Assembly: GCF_000023965.1 (NCBI RefSeq)
Contig: NC_013202.1
Location: forward strand, 60,001-92,000
DNA from: Halomicrobium mukohataei DSM 12286
GTDB lineage: Archaea > Halobacteriota > Halobacteria > Halobacteriales > Haloarculaceae
DNA length: 32,000 nt
Direction of reading: 5' to 3'
A program made the position numbers and the translations under genes. Below are positions 10,050 through 17,576 of the stretch, piece after piece; the first letter of the stretch is position 1, and each line of letters starts with the position of its first letter. Below the pieces are notes generated by a model. That model was given only the letters and a program-made list of their open reading frames with translations, searched no databases and was not told the origin of the DNA.

Positions 10050-11054
10050 TTAATGTTTATGGTAGACTGATCTAATAATATCGCGTACAACTACAGCATT
10101 AGATTGGGAATACTTTCTATACATGTCCTCATTATAGTTTTTGTAGACCAAATACATACGGTCTTTTATGTGCTCTGAACCATCGAATATCTTAGCTTGT
10201 CTTTCACGGAAGCTTTTCACACTATGAACACTACTTAAAGCCTTTTTTCGGGATATGTTTAATCGATCCTCCTCAACTGATTCGATCAATGTAGTAATAG
10301 TCTTCATCATATTGGCTTGTCTTCTGTAATCCTCAGGTTCTCCCCGAAGACTATCAAAAAAAGACATGATGGGGATTATACATCGACTCTCTGCGCTAGG
10401 CGCCCCTATTTTTTGATTTTCATGCTGTCTGTATATTAATAGCTCTTCATCTATATCGCATATATTTGTGACGAGTGAAGCATATAACGCAATGAAATGG
10501 TCGTAGTTCCACTCCTCTGGAATCAATGGTAGATCTTCTATTAGAGTAGAATCGATTAACATCGTGGAACCCTGAACTACATTTTCAATTAATAAGCGCT
10601 GGAAAGTAGATCTTGAATCCTTTAACTCGCCATGAGAATATCCAACTGCCTCCCAAAGATTACCCATCGGCTCAAGATTCTCATCAGCTATAGTTGAATT
10701 ATGAAAAACAACCTGAGTAGAAGAATCTTTTTGCATCATATTTACCTCTCTCTCTATCTTATTTTCATCCCAAATATCGTCTTGGTCACAAATTGCTATG
10801 GCATCACCCATACACAAATTCACACATTTAATAAAGTTTTTATTGACTCCAAGCCGATTACTGTTTGATACTAATCTAACATCCAGTTCACATTCAGATT
10901 TGAACTCTTTTAGGATTTGGAGCGTTGAGTCAGAAGAACAATCGTCGCAAATCACTATCTCATTTGGAGGTCGACTTTGAGAAACTAAGCTATCTAAAAG
11001 TTCAGACAGGTATTTTTCGCCGTTGTACGTACACAGTGCAACAGAGACCTCCAT
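10050..11054 (-). CDS. Glycosyltransferase family 2 (GT-A fold)
   Basis: VSVALCTYNGEKYLSELLDSLVSQS, VICDDCSSDST and AICDQDDIWDENK (DxD region). The gene is very AT-rich and convergent with the preceding GT4 across a 42-bp spacer. Confidence 0.85.
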   Translation of the reverse strand: MEVSVALCTYNGEKYLSELLDSLVSQSRPPNEIVICDDCSSDSTLQILKEFKSECELDVRLVSNSNRLGVNKNFIKCVNLCMGDAIAICDQDDIWDENKIEREVNMMQKDSSTQVVFHNSTIADENLEPMGNLWEAVGYSHGELKDSRSTFQRLLIENVVQGSTMLIDSTLIEDLPLIPEEWNYDHFIALYASLVTNICDIDEELLIYRQHENQKIGAPSAESRCIIPIMSFFDSLRGEPEDYRRQANMMKTITTLIESVEEDRLNISRKKALSSVHSVKSFRERQAKIFDGSEHIKDRMYLVYKNYNEDMYRKYSQSNAVVVRDIIRSVYHKH

Positions 11055-11076
11055 AACTTACGATATTGCTCAGCAC

Positions 11077-11086
11077 TTATTAAATA
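11077..11086 (-). promoter_or_regulatory. TATA-like box (minus strand TATTTAATAA) for GT2 gene
   Basis: It is centred ~27 nt upstream of the ATG at 11054, and 12 nt inside the IS6 copy-2 target duplication at 11099-11106. Confidence 0.35.
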
Positions 11087-11132
11087 GGGCGTTGCTCGAT
11101 CTACTCAGTAGTGTTTAGTTAGCAGCATTTAG

Positions 11133-11750
11133 CTAGAGAGCGAAGGCTTGAGGCCATGATTCGGCTGTTTCTGGTTCGACGTGGCTGAAGCAGTTCGAAA
11201 ACGACGAGGTTCGTCGTTTAAGTTCTCGGAAAATCCGTTCGACAGCATTCCAATTTCCGTGGCGACATATCTGAAATCGTAGCCCAGCTCGTTGGAGTGC
11301 AGTTTGGAGGTATTGAGCGCCATCAACAAGAGACTCAGCTGTTTCGATATCGTGTTTTTGTCGAAGTTCGCGAAGGAAAATCTCGGTCAGAGCGGTCGTG
11401 GTCGTTGCAAAGAGGGGGACGTGAAGCAGATCGTTTGTGGCGGGATCTACGGCGGCGTACAGCCAGAACTGCTGGTCGTTGATTCGAATCACTGTCTCGT
11501 CCAGCGCAATCTGATTCGGCGATCGTCCAGACTCTGGCTGTAGATCGGCTTTTTGCACCCAGTCGTGGATTGATTTCCGGCTGCGTTGGACACCCAGATC
11601 TTCGAGTAAATTGACGGTATTCGACAGCGAGAGTCCTGCAAGGTGCGATTGAATACCTAGCGCCATCGCTTGCCCGGGTGTCCGCTCGCGCTCCACAAAA
11701 TCCAAATCAATCCACTCTCAATTCCCACTGAGGCGGCTGATTTCTGGCAT
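11133..11750 (-). pseudogene. IS6-family transposase, copy 2, with premature stops
   Basis: It is collinear with the copy-1 protein. Codon 11 is TGA (MPEISRLSGN*EWIDLDFVE versus MAEIARLSGNREWIDLDFVE), and the C-terminus ends early (..QAFAL* versus ..QAFACWHNAPN*). Confidence 0.8.
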
Positions 11751-12699
11751 GGACACCAAGAAATCTGTCCGCCTCGCTTTTCACGCTTAACTCTTGACTT
11801 CGCACGTTAGACGAAGATTCCCTCGATCTCTTGCATTAGCTCGTCGGTGCTTCGGTTCGGACTGTTGAGTGCCCAGGAAAGGAGGTTTTCGACACCTTCG
11901 CGGAAGGATCGTTTGATATCGGCACGAAGTGACGCTGCGTGACCGAGAATCGTTCCAAGAGCGCTGTGTGCAGCACCCAGCTTGAGGAGGCTAGGCCAGC
12001 ATCAGCAGGTGCCAGTGGCGACTGGCACCTGCGGCCTGCCGGAGCCGCAGTCTCCAAGACCGAGGTCCTGCTTGGTGTCTCTGAAGAACGTCTCGATGCG
12101 CCATCTCATCGCGTACAGCTCGATGAGATGGCTCGCTGGTGCGTCGATTTTGTTCGACACGATGTACTTCACGCTCGGTTCGTCGTCCTCGTCGTCTTGC
12201 TCGGTGGGTTCTTTCTTTGTGATCAGCAGCTTCACTGCACCGAGGCGCCCAACTTCACGCTTCTGCGTCCAGATATGGTAGGTGTCGCCGTCAATCGTCC
12301 GGGGAACCGTGTCGACGCGCTGGCCAAGCGCGTCGACACGGATGCGTTCTCCACTGTACGTGACGCGCGCGTCACTCTTGACCGCGGAAACCACTCTTTG
12401 CCGTAGCCTTCGAGGTGAGTCACGCACTCCTCGGAACAATAGCTTATGTCGAAGAGATAGGTGTCCGCCGGGACACCTATCTCGATGAGGTCGTTGACAA
12501 GCTCGATAGTGAGTTCGACGCGACGTTTCGCGTCCTTCTCGTAGAGGCGGAAGCCTAGTGGATATGTGGTTTTCTCGTCGGCGTAGAGCGCGTAGATGAG
12601 GTTCTGTCCCCAGATGTAGCCGGGGACGGTGTGGTCGTAGAATTTCCCCACGTTGGGAATTTTCGTGCCTGTTTTGTGCGTGAAGGTGTCGTCGATATA

Positions 12700-13854
12700 G
12701 TAATTAGGAGAAGAACTGCAAGCGATTACCGAGGAATTCGTCGATCCAAGACCGGGCGAAGCTCAGTCGTGAGGTGAGTTCTTCGAAGAGGTCTTCGACG
12801 AGAGCGCGGAATTCGTCCGCGCTCTCGACGATAAGCGGTGAGGCCACCCATTCCAGCTGTTTCCAGACCTGTTCGATTGGGTTGAGGTCGGGCGAGCCAA
12901 CGGGGAGGAAGATGAGATCGATACCGAGTTGATGGGCGCGTTTGCGCGTGTGTACTCACACGTGTGTGCGAAGTGGTTGTCCAAGACGAGCAGAATCCGC
13001 GCAGCGGGATTCTGCTCGCGGATCCTTTCGAGACACTCGCAAATCCGTTCTTTCGTCTGGTCTTCAGGGAAGCTGACCACACTGTTCCCGTCGAGTGCAT
13101 AGAACCCGACCGCTGGTTCGTGGAGATTCACCAGCGGTCGTTCGATATGCGGGTCATCGACGTACCACAGCCGGTGAGAATTGTCCCACGGCTGCGGGTG
13201 TGACGCATCGAAAAACCCCATGACAGTGCCGCCATCTGTACAAATATCGTCGTCAATGACCCAACCTTCCTCCTCGTCACCCTCGCGTTTGTTATGGGGC
13301 TCATCGGTGTCATCTTCGTCGAGCGCGTCGGCGACGCGCTCGTCGAGAATCTCTTCGGCATCATCCGGCCGTGATGGCCGTTTAGTCCGGGGAATTGAGA
13401 GGACAGTCCGAGGTTGTCGAGAAACTGGCTGAGATAGACTGGATGGTACTCAGCGTCGAACTCTTCGTTGAGAAGGTGCTGGATTTCCTGTGATTTCCAA
13501 GGCTGGCCGTCACGAAGCATCTCCAAGAGTTGTTCCTGGTCGTCTTCGCCGAGCTTCGGGGGACGTCCGTCCCCGAAGTTCGGCGTAAGTAGTCCGAGAC
13601 CGCCTTCGTTCCAGCGCCGGGCCCAGCGACTGCCGGTCGATTCAGACTTGCCGACACGATTAGCCGCTTCTTCGAGGCTGTCTCCTTGGTAGAGATTTTT
13701 GACGAAGATGAGTCGCTTACTGATTTTCTCGTCGTCTGTTTCGGCTAACAGCCGGTCGAGATCGTCCTCACTGTGGTGACGGACGATCTCTTTGCGACGC
13801 TCTCCACTCATTGGATAGACTTCGCACGCCATCCCCAAAACTTCCCTTACGTAC
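12700..13854 (-). mobile_element. IS630-family insertion sequence nested in the IS701/ISH3-like element
   Basis: Imperfect terminal repeats are GTAATTAGGAGAAG (12700-12713) and the reverse complement of CTTCCCTTACGTAC (13841-13854). A TA dinucleotide is duplicated on both sides (12698-12699 and 13855-13856), as expected for IS630/Tc1-type elements. Confidence 0.8.
12704..13838 (-). pseudogene. IS630-family transposase with at least two frameshifts
   Basis: HTH region: ..RLIFVKNLYQGDSLEEAANRVGKSESTGSRWARRWNEGGLGLL..PPKLGEDDQEQLLEML.. DDE region in other frames: ..VMGFFDASHPQPWDNSHRLWY.., ..ARILLVLDNHFAHT.., ..QLGIDLIFLPVGSPDLNPIEQVWKQLE..WIDEFLGNRLQFFS*. Frame changes occur near 13395 and 12955. 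Confidence 0.8.
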
Positions 13855-14228
13855 TAAATGACGACACCTTCACTGGACCAGCGGGTGTCGTCGGCTTGCT
13901 GGAGTAGCTCCAGCCGTTCTTTGTTCAGTTAATCTTCGTCCCAATCGTACTCGGTGAGGAACTTGTTGAGAGCGCGTTCGCTCTTGGCTGGAAGCATGTG
14001 CGTGGAAATACCGTCCACGGTCTTGTTGCTGGCCGCAACAAGACCGGTAACGTAAGTCTTGGCATGGTACTTCTGCCGGGTCGAAAAGCACTCTAACTCG
14101 TCAATTGGTGCGGTACAAGACAGAAACGACGTGAGTGGGAGCATCCGATCTTCACGTCTCTCTACGCGCTACACCAGCATAAGGTGCGAAGTCAAGTAAC
14201 TAAACACGGCCATCTACTCTACCGCTAG

Positions 14229-14236
14229 TCTAAAGA
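14229..14236 (+). promoter_or_regulatory. TATA-like box (TCTAAAGA) for the GT4 / membrane-protein gene pair
   Basis: It is centred ~26 nt upstream of ATG 14259, and 10 nt beyond the IS6 copy-2 target duplication. Confidence 0.3.
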
Positions 14237-14258
14237 ACCTGAGGATCAACTTGTTGTT

Positions 14259-15380
14259 ATGAAAGTTAGCGTCTTGTGTAGCGACTTGTCAAATAATCAA
14301 TTAGGTCGGGCATATGTCATCGCAAAAGGACTAGAACGAGGACCGTTTGATGTGGAAGTCATTGGAGGGCTCGCACAAGGAACCGATGTCTACGAGCCCT
14401 TTTCTGACGAGTTTGATTATAAGAAGGTTAAAATACCGGCTAACCCGATCTCTATCACATCCATCCCTAAAATATTGGATAAGACGACTGGTGACGTCGT
14501 GTATGCTATAAAACCAAGAACATTTAGCTTCGGTGTAGGAATTCTGAACAAGGCAATAAATAATGTACCAATCATACTCGATATCGACGATTGGGAAAGG
14601 GGCCTTCATATTGAATCGAAACATAATACCGATCATTATTTAATTAAGTCGATTTTAGATCCTAATGGATACTACTCCACGAAACTTTTGTCGCCATTCA
14701 TCACAAGAGCTGATAAAATAACCACCGTCTCTCAGTTTCTGCAGCAAAAATATCAAGCAGACTATATTATTCCGCATGCTAGGGATACCTCTTGGCTAAA
14801 CCCCAAGAATACAGATCAGAAGAAAATGAAAAAGAAATATGGGGTCATAAACCAAAGAGTAGCAATGTTCCTTGGTCAACCGCGTACTCACAAGGGGGTC
14901 GAAATCATTTTGCAGTCCGTCCAAAGATCGAAAATACCAAATATCGAAGTCATGATGGTCAATGCAGAAAATAATAAAATAAAAAAACTCAATAGAGAAT
15001 ATGAAAATCTGACTCTTATAGATCCATTTTCGTTTTCTAACCTTCCCCAATTTTTGTCGATGGCTGATGTTGTGATTATACCTCAGGAAGAATCTCCAGC
15101 ATCTGTAGGACAAGTTCCAGCCAAGTTAATTGACGCTATGGCAATGAAGAAGCCCATTATTTCCACAAATATAGGAGATATTCCAGAGATACTAAATGAG
15201 TGTGGAATCGTTGTCGAGCCTGAAAACGTTTCACAGGTGGTTGGCGCTATTGAGACGATACTCGAGGACGATGAATTGCGAAACTCGATGAGGGAGGCAG
15301 CGAGAAAGAAATGTGTGAATGAATATTCGATGAAAAATGCCAGTGACAAGCTAACAGAAGTTATTTCAGAAGTAATATGA
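14259..15380 (+). CDS. Glycosyltransferase family 4 / GT1-like (GT-B fold)
   Basis: The protein starts MKVSVLCSDLSNNQLGRAYVIAKGL. The C-terminal nucleotide-sugar binding half reads VAMFLGQPRTHKGVEIILQSV and ADVVIIPQEESPASVGQVPAKLIDAMAMKKPIISTNIGDIPEIL. The gene is ~1/3 G+C. Confidence 0.8.
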   Translation: MKVSVLCSDLSNNQLGRAYVIAKGLERGPFDVEVIGGLAQGTDVYEPFSDEFDYKKVKIPANPISITSIPKILDKTTGDVVYAIKPRTFSFGVGILNKAINNVPIILDIDDWERGLHIESKHNTDHYLIKSILDPNGYYSTKLLSPFITRADKITTVSQFLQQKYQADYIIPHARDTSWLNPKNTDQKKMKKKYGVINQRVAMFLGQPRTHKGVEIILQSVQRSKIPNIEVMMVNAENNKIKKLNREYENLTLIDPFSFSNLPQFLSMADVVIIPQEESPASVGQVPAKLIDAMAMKKPIISTNIGDIPEILNECGIVVEPENVSQVVGAIETILEDDELRNSMREAARKKCVNEYSMKNASDKLTEVISEVI

Positions 15381-17059
15381 TCCCACGTTCTAAGACCCAG
15401 GCTCTACTACTACTATCTTGGGCGCCACTATGGATATACACATTATTTTTCAGGGACAGTTGGCCAATATTCTTAATATCTGTTGCCATTGCCATAATTC
15501 CACCACTGTTATACCATATTACAGAAGATACTGTGGCCAAAAAGGTTGCAGTCGCACAAATAGTTTTTATTTCAGTAATCCTTCAGTTTTTGCTCCCGTT
15601 AGAATCTGGTCTACGAAGCCTACCAGGACTTGATGCTTATTGGGAATTGTCCGCTTTTATATCAATTTTGGATTCGGGTGTTTGGAACCCGAACCAATTG
15701 AATCATTCTACAGTCGGCCCCTATCCTATGATCCATATATTGTCCAGTCAGATACATTATATAACGGATATACCACCAAAGACGATCATTAAGTCCGCTA
15801 GCGTCATTATGAGTTTGTTGATATTATTATTCATCTATTTAGTCGCTAGAACTCTAATAAATGGTGATAATCTTATCGTGGTAGTAATGATTCCAATGCC
15901 ATTTTTATACCAAATAATTGTCCCATCAGGATATGGTAGATTTCCCCTCTCAGTGGCCTACTTCTTCATGTTTATCCTCTTTCTTATTAATATTCACAGG
16001 AATTGGGAAAGGAGATATATGTATTTGTCTATGATATTAATATTCCCACTAGTTTTATCACATCCGTTCACAAGAGTTTATAGTGCAATAGCAGCGCTTT
16101 CGTTCTCAGCAGGAGTAGTGTTGAGTCTTAAGAGAACAAAAATTGAGACCCGCTCAAAAGCTATTGTTGGTATTATCGACCCATACAGATTGGTATTCCT
16201 TACTTTACTTATACTATCTCTTTCCCACATCATATTAGTCTCCTTTAGATCATCAAATGCATTATTTGTTGTTCTACAGTCCTTAACCCAGTTTGGAGAA
16301 CCTGTCGTAAACGCCCAGGCGAATGCACAAGAATTTCAACACTCAATATTATCGTGGCCATCGGTAAGAGATTACCTGTTTGTATATTTTCAGCTTCTCC
16401 TTATCGGGATGGTTTACATTATATGTGTGCTGGGTACTAGAGTATACAATAACACAATGAAAAATTCAGTTGTTATCTTGATAACCTCGATGCTATTATT
16501 AAATATACCAATATATATATTTGATGTAGTTAATATATTCAGATTCACTGTGTTCTTTTGGCCAATTGCAATTATAGTGTCGGCACCGATTGTCTCAAAA
16601 AATCTTGGAAGAAAGCTATTAGCACTACTCATTGTGGTATTAGTTGTATCAAATATTGCAGGCATCTACCCACATATGTATGATAATAGTCTTCCTTCCC
16701 CATCATCAAATGTAGAATCGCCCCCTAATTATGATCGGTTCACTAAAGATCATGAGCGGGCCGTTACTAAGTTCACAGTATTCAAAGGAAAGATATTAGC
16801 TAATGACTACTATAAAATGTTACTTCTAACAGGTCCGGGTGAAGTATACTCGCATCCAAAGTCGTATTCAAACCTGAGTTCATTAGATAATTATGACTGG
16901 TTTTTAGTTGGTTCAAAAGATTCTGAATACATATATATGAGGTCAGTAGATCAACAGTACAATGTTACTAATCATGATCGCTCAAATTATCAGAGTGCCA
17001 CACACATGCTTAAGGTGTACGAGAATGGTAATTCCACTGCTTTCAAAATACCATCCTAA
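15377..17059 (+). CDS. Polytopic membrane protein, candidate GT-C-type glycosyltransferase or glycan polymerase (DUF2206-like architecture)
   Basis: The ATG overlaps the GT4 stop (ATGA at 15377-15380), suggesting translational coupling. It has roughly a dozen hydrophobic segments and an acidic first loop (LPGLDAYWELSAFISILDSGVW). A ~130-aa hydrophilic C-terminal domain follows. No WWDYG (AglB) motif was seen. The function is inferred only from architecture and context. Confidence 0.6.
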   Translation: MIPRSKTQALLLLSWAPLWIYTLFFRDSWPIFLISVAIAIIPPLLYHITEDTVAKKVAVAQIVFISVILQFLLPLESGLRSLPGLDAYWELSAFISILDSGVWNPNQLNHSTVGPYPMIHILSSQIHYITDIPPKTIIKSASVIMSLLILLFIYLVARTLINGDNLIVVVMIPMPFLYQIIVPSGYGRFPLSVAYFFMFILFLINIHRNWERRYMYLSMILIFPLVLSHPFTRVYSAIAALSFSAGVVLSLKRTKIETRSKAIVGIIDPYRLVFLTLLILSLSHIILVSFRSSNALFVVLQSLTQFGEPVVNAQANAQEFQHSILSWPSVRDYLFVYFQLLLIGMVYIICVLGTRVYNNTMKNSVVILITSMLLLNIPIYIFDVVNIFRFTVFFWPIAIIVSAPIVSKNLGRKLLALLIVVLVVSNIAGIYPHMYDNSLPSPSSNVESPPNYDRFTKDHERAVTKFTVFKGKILANDYYKMLLLTGPGEVYSHPKSYSNLSSLDNYDWFLVGSKDSEYIYMRSVDQQYNVTNHDRSNYQSATHMLKVYENGNSTAFKIPS

Positions 17060-17179
17060 TGCTATTTCGTATTATTGACCCCACAACGACACATGAATAT
17101 TAATTTGAGAGTATCTCGGTCAGGTTTTCGAGTTAGCTCCAACGTAATTAAACGCTCTGAGATACTGTGCCAATTTACC

Positions 17180-17448
17180 TTTAGGGATACCTCGGTGAGG
17201 CGGGCGGTTACTGGAGTAGTCGAGGGTGACTCCATGAGAAGCCCGCTGAAAAGCCGAGAGCGTGAAGTTTATCATGGAGTCCCAAAGGTCGATCTATTAC
17301 ATACATCTCCGAGTACAGGAGGGTGACGGACTCCGGATGCGAAGGAACAGAGATCTGGGAGCGCGATCCGACCGACCGAGGTCAGTCGAAGCCGAAAGCC
17401 CACAGCGATGTCGTTCCGCTTTACGCATTCAGGACTCCAGAAGATACC
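17180..17448 (+). ncRNA. 5' non-coding end of an IS110-family element; candidate bridge-RNA-like leader
   Basis: The GC content rises abruptly around 17170-17190, upstream of an IS110-type recombinase start codon. Complementary arms are GGAGT (17213-17217) with ACTCC (17229-17233), and GGAGTCC (17276-17282) with GGACTCC (17328-17334). The short ORFs here look spurious. The left boundary is not determined. Confidence 0.3.
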
Positions 17449-17576
17449 ATGACCACAACCACGGATCACTACCTTGGTATTGACCTCCATAAAAGGGAAG
17501 CTCAGGTCGCTGTACTTGACGATGAAGGCGAAGAGGTCCACGTCGCCAACGTGGACCTCTTTGAGATCTCACAGAA
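17449..17576 (+). pseudogene. IS110-family recombinase/transposase, N-terminal ~43 codons only
   Basis: MTTTTDHYLGIDLHKREAQVAVLDDEGEEVHVANVDLFEISQKH carries the characteristic IS110 N-terminal GIDxHK RuvC-like motif. It is cut off by the tip of ISH8-like copy B at 17577. Confidence 0.75.

Larger units (their letters stand above)
11807..14144 (-). pseudogene. IS701/ISH3-like DDE transposase, disrupted by the IS630-like insertion, a nonsense codon and frameshifts
   Basis: N-terminal part: MLPLTSFLSCTAPIDELECFSTRQKYHAKTYVTGLVAASNKTVDGISTHMLPAKSERALNKFLTEYDWDED*LNKERLELLQQADDTRWSSEGVVI. This rejoins in frame across the IS630 element to YIDDTFTHKTGTKIPNVGKFYDHTVPGYIWGQNL.. The C-terminal part is ..LIELYAMRWRIETFFRDTKQDLGLGDC.., and a shifted tail ends ..ELMQEIEGIFV* at 11807. 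Confidence 0.75.
11793..14196 (-). mobile_element. IS4-superfamily (IS701/ISH3-like) insertion sequence inserted into the terminal repeat of IS6 copy 2
   Basis: Perfect 13-bp terminal inverted repeats are CTTGACTTCGCAC (11793-11805) and GTGCGAAGTCAAG (14184-14196). A 5-bp TSD TAACT lies at 11788-11792 and 14197-14201. Confidence 0.8.
11107..14211 (-). mobile_element. IS6-family insertion sequence, copy 2, interrupted by a nested IS701/ISH3-like element that itself carries an IS630-like element
   Basis: One tip is AGTAGTGTTTAGTT (11107-11120). The other terminal repeat is split, CACGCTTAACT (11782-11792) plus AAACACGGCC (14202-14211), and once rejoined it matches the copy-1 repeat. A perfect 8-bp TSD ATCTACTC lies at 11099-11106 and 14212-14219. 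Confidence 0.85.

Noticed and set aside
7890-14211. Composite transposon formed by the two inverted IS6 copies carrying the GT4 and GT2 genes (8832-11054).
   Set aside because: Each IS6 copy has its own perfect 8-bp target duplication (GCGCTCAT and ATCTACTC). They therefore inserted independently. No shared duplication brackets the pair, and copy 2 has a split terminal repeat and a defective transposase.
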